NCBI GenBank assembly: GCA_963850305.1
Contig: CAWKKR010000001.1
Span: 768,001-832,000 of the forward strand
Direction of reading: 5' to 3'
DNA: 64,000 nucleotides
Source of the DNA: an uncultured delta proteobacterium
GTDB taxonomy: Bacteria > Myxococcota_A > Polyangia > Polyangiales > Polyangiaceae
Below the pieces are notes generated by a model. The model was not told where the DNA came from. It searched no databases and was given only the letters and a program-made list of their open reading frames with translations. Positions 23,249-32,183 of this stretch are shown here, in pieces; position 1 is the first letter of the stretch, and the number at the start of each line of letters is the position of its first letter. The translations under genes and the position numbers were made by a program.

Positions 23249-23393
23249 ATCCGCGCCTCGACCGAGCCTTCAGGCGCGCCCCGCAGGAACGGGCGCGGCA
23301 CAAGACGGTTCGCGGCGCTCCGTGCCGTGGACCGTCGCGTGGCACGGTGCCGCCGCGCCGGCGCGTCGCTGTCGACGCCCGTCTTCGCGCGGC

Positions 23394-24017
23394 TCAGGGA
23401 CAGCCCACCACGCCGGCGTTCAGCGAGGGGCAGAGCCCGGCGCACGGGGCGCGGCTCGTGCAGCAGTCCAGCGAGTTGAACTCCGTCGTTGCCGGCGCCG
23501 AGCCGACGGCGCACGCCGCGCACTGGAGCGGGATGATGCAGCTCTCCACGCAGACGACCATGCTCCAGCAGGCCGGGTCGGCCTTGCACGTCACGGTCTC
23601 CTGCTGACAGTGCTGCGTCGCGCACGCCGCGCACTGCGCCGAGACGATGCCACCCGTCGGGAAGACGATGGGAGCGACCCCGGCTTCTTCCAGAGGTGGC
23701 GTTGCAGCATCTCGTCCTGCCGATCCCGCGTCGGGGTTGCCGCCGAAGGAGGCTCCGCCGATTGGCTCCTGACCGCCGGCCCCCGCTCCGCTCTCGACGC
23801 CACCGAATCCAGCGCTCCCGCCGAATCCAGCGCTCCCGCCGGAGGCCGGCGCGCCCGCCCCGGCCCCGCCGCCGCCCGATGACCCGCCGAAGAGGTTCCC
23901 GGTCCCCGCCGAGCCGCACGCGAGCACCTGCACCGCGCCGAGTACGAGCACTGTTCCGCGAAGCCCCGCGCCTCGCCGCGCGCTCGCGCCGCGAAGGCTC
24001 GCTGCATCACGGCCCAT
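23394..24017 (-). CDS. Cys-rich lipoprotein
   Basis: VLAC lipobox, Gly-rich linker, and a C-terminal CxxC...C Cys-rich domain. Confidence 0.7.
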   Translation of the reverse strand: MGRDAASLRGASARRGAGLRGTVLVLGAVQVLACGSAGTGNLFGGSSGGGGAGAGAPASGGSAGFGGSAGFGGVESGAGAGGQEPIGGASFGGNPDAGSAGRDAATPPLEEAGVAPIVFPTGGIVSAQCAACATQHCQQETVTCKADPACWSMVVCVESCIIPLQCAACAVGSAPATTEFNSLDCCTSRAPCAGLCPSLNAGVVGCP

Positions 24018-24106
24018 CGGCCAGGAGCCCCTTTGACCTGCGAAGAGCTGGAGCATACCGAAGCTGGCCGCGGCCAGTAACCAGAACGCTACTCGGTTTC
24101 CCCGGT

Positions 24107-24341
24107 GACGGCGGGGGGTTTTGTTCTTGGGGGGCGTCCCGCCCCCCGGGGCTTGCTTCGCAACCCCGCCCCCCGGTACTCGCTACGCTCGGCTCCGTGA
24201 ATCGGCTGGAGCAAGCGGGGGCAGAGACGGCGGGGGGTTTTGTCCTGGGGGGCGTCCCGCCCCCCGGGGCTTGCTTCGCAACCCCGCCCCCCGGTACTCG
24301 CTACGCTCGGCTCCGTGAATCGGCTGGAGCAAGCGGGGGCA
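24107..24341. repeat. Tandem duplication of a ~117-bp structured element (period 119 bp)
   Basis: 24107-24223 and 24226-24341 are near identical, differing only at TTGTTCTTGG vs TTGTCCTGG. Each copy has an internal CGGGG-CTTGCTTCGCAA-CCCCG hairpin. Confidence 0.95.
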
Positions 24342-24377
24342 CAAGTCGGCGGGGACCCGGACCTCGAGGCGTCTGTT

Positions 24378-24397
24378 TTCCGGACACCTGTCCGGAA
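24378..24397. promoter_or_regulatory. Inverted repeat TTCCGGACA-cc-TGTCCGGAA (possible operator)
   Basis: Perfect 9-bp arms with a 2-bp spacer, 13 bp before the 11-mer array. Confidence 0.5.
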
Positions 24398-24410
24398 GAC
24401 GAACACTCTG

Positions 24411-24504
24411 CGAACGATGATCGAACGATGATCGAACGATGATCGAACGATGATCGAACGATGATCGAACGATGATCGAACGATGATCGAACGATGATCG
24501 AACG
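24411..24504 (+). repeat. Perfect tandem array (CGAACGATGAT)x8 plus a 6-bp partial copy
   Basis: Read directly. Each junction forms a GATC. Confidence 0.97.
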
Positions 24505-24568
24505 GCACCGCGTTTGCAGCGCTCGGGCTCGGCGGTAACGCCTTTGATCGATACCCCCGAGGTCGGAG

Positions 24569-24826
24569 ATGGCGCAGGTCAGGAATAATCTGGTCGTTCA
24601 GGGTTTGTCCGGCATGCTCGGCAAGCAGCTGGTGCTGCGGACCCGCAAGAACGGGAAAACCTTCGTCTCCGCGGCCCCACGTCGCCGTGCGGACTACGTG
24701 CCGTCGGAAGCGCAGAAGAAGCAGCAGGCACGCTTTCGCGCCGCGGTCGCCTACGCGAAGGAAGCAAAGAACCGGCAGGAGTACCGGGCGGGTTTTGGCC
24801 GATTCTACCCGCCGATGTTCATTTGA
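24569..24826 (+). CDS. Small basic uncharacterised protein, possibly C-terminally truncated
   Basis: GAGGTCGGAG precedes the ATG. The Lys/Arg-rich sequence reads MAQVRNNLVVQGLSGMLGKQLVLR...GKTFVSAAP...SEAQKKQQARFRAAVAYAK. Confidence 0.75.
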   Translation: MAQVRNNLVVQGLSGMLGKQLVLRTRKNGKTFVSAAPRRRADYVPSEAQKKQQARFRAAVAYAKEAKNRQEYRAGFGRFYPPMFI

Positions 24827-24852
24827 GTGAAACTGAGCGATGATCGATCATC

Positions 24853-26178
24853 GTGCCTGAGGAGCGCGCGCAAGTGATTTCGGTCGAGGAGCGGGCGGCG
24901 CTGATGGCGGCGCCGCGGCCCCGACGCGATCTGCCGCTCGCGGCATTGTCCGCGGAAGGTGCGCGTCGCCGGTTGCCGCTCGCCGACACGGTGCGGGAGA
25001 AGGATCGCCGCGCGCGCCCCACCTCCGCCGTTTGGGAGCTCACGCTGAAATGCGATCTCGCGTGCCGCCATTGCGGATCGCGCGCCGGACACGCGCGCAA
25101 CGACGAGCTGACCACGGCGGAGGCGCTCGACCTCGTTCGGCAGATGGCCGAGCTCGGCGTGCTCGAGGTCGCCGTCATCGGTGGCGAGGCGTATCTGCGC
25201 GACGACTGGACTGCGATCATAGCGGGGATCCGCAAGCACGGGATGCAGGCCACACTGGTGACCGGGGGCCGCGGGGTGACCCGTGAGCTCGCCGAGGCGG
25301 CCGCAGCCGCCGGCCTCCAGAGCGCGAGCGTGTCCATCGACGGCGCCGAAGCCACGCACGATCGGCTGCGCGGCGTGCGTAGGTCCCATGCGTTGGCGCT
25401 CGAGGCGCTCGGCCACTTCGGGCGAGCCGGCGTGGCGTTGTCCGTCAACACGCAGATCAACCGGCTGAGCCTCCCGGATCTCCCGGACATCCTCGATACA
25501 GTGATCGGGGCGGGGGCCCGGAGCTGGCAGTTCATGCTCACGGTCGCGATGGGGCGCGCCGCGGACGAACCGGACGTGCTGCTCCAGCCGTACGACCTGG
25601 CAGTGCTGTTCCCGATGCTCAGCAAGCTCAAGCAGCGAGCGGACGCGGCGGGTGTGCGCTTCTGGCCAGGCAACAACATCGGGTACTTCGGGCCGTACGA
25701 GTCGTTGCTTCGGGAAGGGACCCTCCGGGGGCACACGGCATCGTGCGGCGCGGGCCAGAGCGTTCTCGGGATCGAAGCCGACGGCACGCTGAAGGGTTGC
25801 CCGTCGCTCACCACGGATAGCTGGGCAGGCGGCAACATCCGCCAGCACTCGCTGCGGGACGTGTGGGAGCGCGCCGCCCCGCTCCGCTACACGCGAGATC
25901 GCACCGTCGACGATCTCTGGGGCTTCTGCCGCACCTGTTATTACGCGGACGAGTGCCGCGCCGGATGCACGTGGACAGGGGACGTGCTGTTCGGGCGCCC
26001 CGGGAATAATCCGTACTGTCACCACCGAGTGCTCGAGCTCGCAGGCCGGGGGCGACGGGAGCGACTCGTCCAGGTGAGTGCCGCGCCAGGGCGTCCGTTC
26101 GACAACGCGCGCTTCGAGATCGTCGAAGAAGATTTGCCTTCGAGAGCAGTGAGCTCGAACGAGGAGACGCATTCATGA
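24853..26178 (+). CDS. Radical SAM/SPASM peptide maturase, Y_X(10)_GDL-associated / PlpX splicease-like
   Basis: VWELTLKCDLACRHCGSRAG (CxxxCxxC). SPASM region CGAGQSVLGIEADGTLKGCPSL...LWGFCRTCYYADECRAGCTWT...GNNPYCHHR. GTG 24874, after GAGGAG, is an alternative start. Confidence 0.88.
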   Translation: MPEERAQVISVEERAALMAAPRPRRDLPLAALSAEGARRRLPLADTVREKDRRARPTSAVWELTLKCDLACRHCGSRAGHARNDELTTAEALDLVRQMAELGVLEVAVIGGEAYLRDDWTAIIAGIRKHGMQATLVTGGRGVTRELAEAAAAAGLQSASVSIDGAEATHDRLRGVRRSHALALEALGHFGRAGVALSVNTQINRLSLPDLPDILDTVIGAGARSWQFMLTVAMGRAADEPDVLLQPYDLAVLFPMLSKLKQRADAAGVRFWPGNNIGYFGPYESLLREGTLRGHTASCGAGQSVLGIEADGTLKGCPSLTTDSWAGGNIRQHSLRDVWERAAPLRYTRDRTVDDLWGFCRTCYYADECRAGCTWTGDVLFGRPGNNPYCHHRVLELAGRGRRERLVQVSAAPGRPFDNARFEIVEEDLPSRAVSSNEETHS

Positions 26179-26708
26179 TTCTTGTGCCCTGTCCCGCCTG
26201 TCGCCGTCACGTGCGCCGCAGCGAGCCCGCGTGCCCTTTCTGCCACGCGACCCTCGGGTCCTCCACGAGCATTCCGGAACGCGTTCGTGCGCCGCGAAGG
26301 CGCAGCCGGGCCGCGCTCTATGCCCTCGCGGTCGCGAGCGCCGGGTCGACCGCGTGCGGTGGCGTCACCAGCGAAGCGAGCCAAGGTCGCCCGCAGCAGG
26401 GCGCCGGAGGCGCCGGGAGCGGCGGCGCACGCGGCGACGGGGGCAGCGTCGTCATGACAGGCGGCGCTCCGGGAACGGGCGGTGAGCCGCGCATCGTCGT
26501 GCAGCCGAGCACTGGTGGCACGACTTCATCCCCCGACGCCGGGAAGGACGCCGGCAGGGACGCGAACTGGTGCGACTACAACCAGTGCGGCATCTACAAC
26601 GGGCCGCCGCCTCCACGACGCGCGCCCGATGGTCGCGGAGGGTTCGTCTTCTACTTCGAGCGGCGCGACGAGGATTCCGACCTCGTGGAGGACGACGAGG
26701 CGGACTGA
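26175..26708 (+). CDS. Putative rSAM substrate: zinc-ribbon N-terminus, lipobox-like Cys, Gly-rich linker, C-terminal IYNGPPPP
   Basis: ATGA overlap with the rSAM gene. Motifs CPACRRH...CPFC, ALAVASAGSTACGG and WCDYNQCGIYNGPPPP. Confidence 0.7.
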   Translation: MILVPCPACRRHVRRSEPACPFCHATLGSSTSIPERVRAPRRRSRAALYALAVASAGSTACGGVTSEASQGRPQQGAGGAGSGGARGDGGSVVMTGGAPGTGGEPRIVVQPSTGGTTSSPDAGKDAGRDANWCDYNQCGIYNGPPPPRRAPDGRGGFVFYFERRDEDSDLVEDDEAD

Positions 26709-26929
26709 GGTCCCCACACAGCGAAGAGGAAGAAAGGCCGGCGGGTCCGCCAGCCCCCTTCGCGTCCGTGTAGGCGAAAGACCCACGTGGCACGGGCGGA
26801 AAACATTCCGCTCCGGTTCGCATGCGGCTCGGGATGCCGGATGACGGCGCGCGGCAATCGGTGGGGCCGGCGTGGACCCCCGACAGACCACGCTTGCTTA
26901 TTGGCGGCCGCCTTAGGAAGAATGCGTCC

Positions 26930-28634
26930 GTGCTTCGAAAAGCCCTCTCTTTGGCCCTGGCCGTGCTGTCGGCGCTGGTGTTGTTCGGGGCGGTCGCGGC
27001 GGCCGCGCCGAGAGACAAGGCCGCGGAGAAGAAGATCAACGAGGCCATCAACTCGAACTTCCTGAACACGGACTTCGACGGCGCGGAGGGGCTGCTCCTC
27101 GGCACCATCCGCGCTTGCGAGGACAAGTGCAGCCCCCAGGTGCTCGGCAAGGCCTGGATGTACGTGGGCATCGTCCGCGGGACGGGCCGGAACGATATGG
27201 CCGGCGCGGCGGAGGCCTTCAAGTCGGCCTTCGCGTCGGACCCGAACGTCGCGCTCGATGGACAGAATCGCGACCGATCCCGTGAAGGCGCTGTTCGCCA
27301 AGCTTCAGGCCAGCAGCGCCGCGGCCACGCCGGCGGAACCCGCGGCCCCGAGCGCTGCGGCCTTCAAGTGCGCGCCCGCGGTGACAGAAGTGCAGACGCG
27401 ACGCGCCGTTCCGCTCGAGTGCGAGACGGACGCCGAGCTCAGCTCCGCCTTCCTTCACTACAAGACGTTCGAAGACAAGGGCTGGGACAAGGTGAAGATG
27501 GCGCAGAACGCCGGAGCCTGGCGCGGCACCATCCCCTGCGCCGCGACGCAGGACACCGGCACTCTGAAGTATTACGTGGAAGGGCTAGACGCGGATGGCA
27601 ACGTCTCTGCTCTCCTCGGGAGCAAGGAGAAGCCCAGCACGGCCGACATCGTCTCGGAGACGAGCGCGGATCCCCCCGCCTACCCGGACGAAGACCCGCC
27701 GAAGCGCTGCGACGTCATCGAAAACGCGGGTTCTTCGGAGTCTTCGCCGAGCGCCGCTTCCTCGTCCTCGGGCGGCACTTGCGGAGCCTGGGGCGAGCCT
27801 TGCGGGACCGACGGGTGCTGCGCGGAGGGACTCACCTGCAACTCCGGCACCTGTGAGAGCCACTGCGAGGCCGACTCCGACTGCAAGGACGGGCAGAAGT
27901 GCGACGACGGAAAGTGCGGGGGCGGGGGCGGCGCGGGCGGCGGAGGCGGCGCGGTCAAGAACCTCGTCGGCATCCACTTCGGGATGGATCTCGCGAGCAT
28001 CTCCAGCGACGGCGCCTGTCTAGCCGGGTCGCGCGCGGACCACATTGCCTGCTTCGTGAACGGGACGACCTACGAGGGCACGCCGAGCGCCGCCGCGCCG
28101 GGTCGCATCTCAGGCGGGCTCACCGTGGCCACCATCCCAATCCTCGCGTCGTACGAGCACCTCTTCGGCCACTTCGGCCTCGAAGCGCGGCTCGGGTTCG
28201 CGTTCAACGGCGGTCAAACGCCGACGGGCGGGTCCGCCTTCGTGCCCATCCACGCCGAGGTCCGCGCCAAGTACTGGCTCCTCGGCGATGCCGCCTACAC
28301 CAAGCCCGGCATCCGCCCCTGGGTGCACCTCGGCGGCGGCTTTGCCGAGTTCGACGCGACGGTGAAGACCGGCATAGTGGACTGCCCGAACCCGACTGAT
28401 CCGAAGGTGCAGGCCGCCTGCGTGAACGTCACCGACGTCAACCAGGTCAAGGGGAACCCGACGACCGCCAACGCGACGAAGCAACTCGGCCTGAGCTTCG
28501 TCACCTTTGGCGGCGGGGTCATGTACGCCGTCGCGAAGAACCACGGCCCGATGCTCAACATCGACCTGATAGTGCCGTTCCCGTCCTCGGGCTTCGTCGT
28601 GGAACCTACGCTCGGGTACGAGTACGGGTTCTAG
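26930..28634 (+). CDS. Secreted multidomain protein (TPR-like, Cys-rich, C-terminal beta-barrel); frameshift near 27266
   Basis: Signal peptide from GTG 26930 in ORF 26822 joins ORF 27258 at ALDGQ/IATDPV. The C-terminus GYEYGF is typical of outer-membrane barrels. Confidence 0.75.
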
Positions 28635-28881
28635 TAGTGCTAGGGCTCGGGGTGGCTCATGCCTTCCCTGGCGCAGGACCCGTGACAACGAAGCGTCGTG
28701 CATGGGCCGCTCCTTGCCGCCGCTGGCGCGGGGCGTGCGCAGTGCCTACGACGTCGGCTTCTTCAGCGCGCTGCTAGAGGCTGGGAGCGGGGCGGGCTCG
28801 GGGAGCAGGGCTCGGACTGTCTCAGGAAGGCCATTTCTTGGCCCTGCCCCGCACCTTCGGCCATGACGGAGGCGGAGTCTG

Positions 28882-29305
28882 ATGCCTCGGGTGCTTCGCG
28901 CAATCGTTCCGGCTGCGGCCAAGGCGCCGGTGGCGGCGCTCCGGCGGCGCCGGCAACAGAATCGTCGTGCGCGCTCCGGGGTCGGTGCGCGCGTTCTCCC
29001 TCGACGAGCGGCGAATTCATTCGCCCACGCTGCCCGGCCTCGGCTTTCGCGAAGAGGCGGACACCATCCCCGTCATCGGCGGCCCGAACGCCGACGAAGT
29101 AACCCCCGTCTCCCACGTGCGAGCCCGTGTCGCCGTCCTCGTCGCGCACCCGAAGCCCGCGGACGCGAGTCCCATGAACGTCGGCAGCCCCGTCGCTCGG
29201 ACTCGTCCTGTGACCCTCCTCGACGACGTCCACGACAGCCTCTCCCGCGACTACCTCGCCGAAGCGCGTGCGCTCCTGGCAAGCGGGATCTTCAAGGACG
29301 ACTAG
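28882..29305 (+). CDS. Hypothetical protein, probably frameshifted near 28940-28965
   Basis: GGAGG precedes ATG 28882. ORF 28967..29305 looks coding, and its stop overlaps the rlmE stop. Confidence 0.35.
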
Positions 29306-29934
29306 CCTCTCCCGCGCCCGCCCTTCAACTCGAACCCCACCACGTATATCTCCGTGCTGTTCGAGCGCGTGCCTTCTGGCTTGAGCACGCGACACGTCGC
29401 GAAGCGGGTCGCAACCGAGCGCCGGGCGTCCGGAAAGTCCCCGCTCATGAAGATCTTCCCGACGAACGCCGCGCCCGGTCTCCCGAGCTCTACCGCAACC
29501 TCGAGAGCGGACATGAAGAGCTCGTAGCTCCTGACCTGGTCTGTCAATCTGGTCCCGCTCGTCGCGGGCGCCATGTCGCTCAGCACGACGTCATACGGTG
29601 AGCGCGCGACGACAGGGTCGTCCGCGTCCCTGCCGTTCGCGGCGTCACGAACGGCAAAGGCGTCGCCGCGAACGACCATGACGTTCGCGAGCGCGAGCCC
29701 CACTATCTCCTGCAGGTCCACAGCGACGACCGCGCCGCGCGCGCCAACCCGCTCCGCCGCATAACGACTCCAGGAGCCCGGCGCCGCGCCGAGATCGAGC
29801 ACACGCTGCCCGGGCCGGAGGAGCCGCCAGCGTTCGTCGATCTCCTTGAGCTTGAAGACGCTCCGCGCGGCGTAGCCCTGGGCCTTCGCCGCGCGCGTGC
29901 GCGCGTCGGGCCGCGCGTAAGGGTTCCGGCTCAG
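29302..29934 (-). CDS. rlmE: 23S rRNA U2552 2'-O-methyltransferase; probable CTG start
   Basis: VLDLGAAPGSW, VLSDMAP, KIF and E motifs. The conserved N-terminus NPYARPDARTRAAKAQGYAARSVFKLKEID extends in frame to CTG at 29934. Confidence 0.9.
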   Translation of the reverse strand: MSRNPYARPDARTRAAKAQGYAARSVFKLKEIDERWRLLRPGQRVLDLGAAPGSWSRYAAERVGARGAVVAVDLQEIVGLALANVMVVRGDAFAVRDAANGRDADDPVVARSPYDVVLSDMAPATSGTRLTDQVRSYELFMSALEVAVELGRPGAAFVGKIFMSGDFPDARRSVATRFATCRVLKPEGTRSNSTEIYVVGFELKGGRGRG

Positions 29935-30599
29935 GCTTTCGCCTTGCCGCCGTCCTTTTTGCGGGACGCGCCGCGCACCACGACGACCGAGTTCGGCGCG
30001 CCTGGAACGCCGCCGCCGACGAGAACCAGGTTCTTCTCCGGCACGATCTTCACGATGCGCTGGTTCATGACGCTGACGGTCCAGTTCCCGTGCTGCCCGG
30101 GCATGCGCATTCCCGGGAACGTGCGACCCGGCGTCTTCCTTTGCCCGATGGACCCGCCGTGACGCCGATACTCGTGTGTGCCGTGCGTCTGGATGTTGCC
30201 GGCAAAGTGATGCCGGCGCACCACGCCGGAGAAGCCGCGACCGCGCATCGTGCCTTGCACGTCGACAATCTGGCCCTCCTGGAAGACGTCGGTCAGGACG
30301 AGTCCCTGTCCGACCTCGAACTTGGCCGCGTGCTCGGCGCTGCAGCGGAACTCCTTGAGCACGCGCTGCGGAGCGACGCCGATCTTCTTGTATGCGCCCG
30401 CGAGGGGCTTCGAGGTCTGCTTTTCCTTGCGCTCCTCGATGCCGAGAACGAGCGCGTCATAGCCATCCTTCGCCTTGGTGCGCTTGGCGACCACGATGGG
30501 CTTCGACTCGATGACGGTGCAGGGCAGGACACTGCCGTCCTCGGCGAAGAGCTGCGTCATTCCAATCTTGCGGCCGACGACCCCGGGGTGTTGATTCAT
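29931..30599 (-). CDS. rplC: 50S ribosomal protein L3
   Basis: GRKIGMTQ, DGYDA, GRGFSGVVRRHHF, HGGSIGQ..TPGR and GGVPG motifs. Confidence 0.97.
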   Translation of the reverse strand: MNQHPGVVGRKIGMTQLFAEDGSVLPCTVIESKPIVVAKRTKAKDGYDALVLGIEERKEKQTSKPLAGAYKKIGVAPQRVLKEFRCSAEHAAKFEVGQGLVLTDVFQEGQIVDVQGTMRGRGFSGVVRRHHFAGNIQTHGTHEYRRHGGSIGQRKTPGRTFPGMRMPGQHGNWTVSVMNQRIVKIVPEKNLVLVGGGVPGAPNSVVVVRGASRKKDGGKAKA

Positions 30600-30676
30600 G
30601 ACTGGCTGGTGCCGACCCGCCCGATGCTGTCACCCGAAAAGCCAGGCGCGCGCGGAATGGGAACGGAGGGCCAGGC

Positions 30677-30705
30677 GGAATAACCTCCGATCCGGAACGA
30701 GTCAA
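30677..30705 (-). promoter_or_regulatory. Putative sigma70 promoter of rplC-rlmE
   Basis: TTGACT-17 bp-TATTCC on the minus strand. Confidence 0.5.
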
Positions 30706-30793
30706 GCCTCGGGCCCACGTTTCGGCGGTGCTCCTGGGACCCGAGGAGGCCGCACGTAGCCTCCCCCAATCGACGAGAGCCCGCGGGAGCGGA

Positions 30794-30821
30794 TTGACGA
30801 CATGGCACAGGAATGCATAAT
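30794..30821 (+). promoter_or_regulatory. Putative sigma70 promoter of rplS
   Basis: TTGACG-16 bp-CATAAT in an AT-richer patch. Confidence 0.55.
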
Positions 30822-30911
30822 GCGCGTCCTCTTCGAGGCCTCGCCCCGCTCACGCCCCCGCGCGCGGGACCGGTCGCCTGATTGACGTCCCCTTCGGAAG
30901 CGAGCGCGACC

Positions 30912-31271
30912 ATGTCCATGAGCCCAGCCAAGATCGAAGCCTTCGAGCAGAGCTCGCTGCGAAGCGACATCCCGGACTTCCGCGTCGGGGACACCGTGGC
31001 CGTGCACTACAAGATCGTGGAGGGCGACAAGCTCCGCGTCCAGATCTTCCGTGGGATCGTGATCAAGCGGCACCGCGCCGGCGCCCGGAGCACCTTCACG
31101 GTGCGGAAGATGAGCTTCAGCGTCGGGGTCGAGCGCACGTTCCCCTTGCACTCTCCCCGGCTCGAGAAGGTGGACGTGGAAGCCCGGGGCATCGTCCGCC
31201 GCGCCCGGTTGTTCTTCCTGCGCGACCTCGAAGGCAAGGCGGCGCGTATCCGCGATCAGAAGGACCGTTGA
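30912..31271 (+). CDS. rplS: 50S ribosomal protein L19
   Basis: [32 protein letters not shown] and [10 protein letters not shown] motifs. Confidence 0.97.
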   Translation: MSMSPAKIEAFEQSSLRSDIPDFRVGDTVAVHYKIVEGDKLRVQIFRGIVIKRHRAGARSTFTVRKMSFSVGVERTFPLHSPRLEKVDVEARGIVRRARLFFLRDLEGKAARIRDQKDR

Positions 31272-31360
31272 TCGCGTCGTTTGGGTAAGCGGCTCGGCCC
31301 GGAGTAAGCTGCGCCGGCACGGGATTCCGGAATGCGCCGGACCCCTGCCAGTGAGCCTCG

Positions 31361-32108
31361 ATGAGCCAGTGTCAGCGCTGCGGCGCCACGAATGAGCCAG
31401 CCAGCAGATTCTGCGTCGCCTGCGGGGCTCCGCTCGTAGCCCAGGGCTCGGCCCAGATTGCGGCCATGCCGAGCGGGCAGCCTCGGAGGCCCGCGGCCGG
31501 AAGCGCTGCGCCGGCCGATGCGGGCGGCTTCGAGTATGCGCCGACCGCGGCACCCCCGACTCGCGAAGAATTCGAGGCGTTCGAGGCGCAACGCGCCGCC
31601 GCCCAGGCCGCCGCGGCCGTCATGCGAGGGTCAGGCGCGCCGCCCGCGGTCGCGCCGATGACCGCGCCGCCACCGGACCACGGACGGCCACCATCGGTCG
31701 CGCCCGATGCTCCCGGTACGCAGCGTGCGTCGGTGGGCATCGCCGGTGTGGCGCAGGACCCCGAGGACGTACCGGACGGCGCGCCGCGGCTGCTCGCGGG
31801 TTTCATCGTGAGCTACGACTCGCAACCGCTCGGGCGCTTCTGGCCGCTCTACCAGGGCCGAAACCGCGTGGGCCGCGAGGGTTCCGGCGCCGACCTCGAC
31901 GCCGGACTCGATCACCCGACGACCTCTTCGCGTCACGCCGTCATCCTCGCCGCGGCCCGTCCGGGGCGCCTGAAGCTCGAGGACATCGGCAGCACGAACG
32001 GCACTTTCTTGAACGGAACCCGGATCGCTCCGGGCGCCCGCCACGAGCTTCGAGACGGGGACCAAGTCCGCTTCGGGCTCCTCTCCTCAATCATCAGAGA
32101 TCGTCTAG
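31361..32108 (+). CDS. Zinc-ribbon + FHA domain protein; frameshift near 32096
   Basis: CQRC...FCVAC at the N-terminus and FHA motifs GR...SSRHA...DIGSTNGT. The likely true stop is TAG at 32106-32108. Confidence 0.8.
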
Positions 32109-32183
32109 CGCTGACGCCGCGAACCTCCGTCGCCGACGGTAGAACTCGAAGTCGACGGCTTCTGACAGGACCCGGAACAATCG

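Noticed and set aside
24107..24504. CRISPR array
   Set aside because: The repeats abut without unique spacers, the unit lengths (119 and 11 bp) do not fit, and no cas genes are present.
24089..24508. ORF with FDHRSIIVRSS repeats and other ORFs over the repeats
   Set aside because: These are translations of the DNA repeats with no independent coding signal.
26765..26800. c-di-GMP-I riboswitch suggested by GGCGAAAG
   Set aside because: The GGCAAAC and GACGCAAAG elements and the tetraloop-receptor arrangement are missing.
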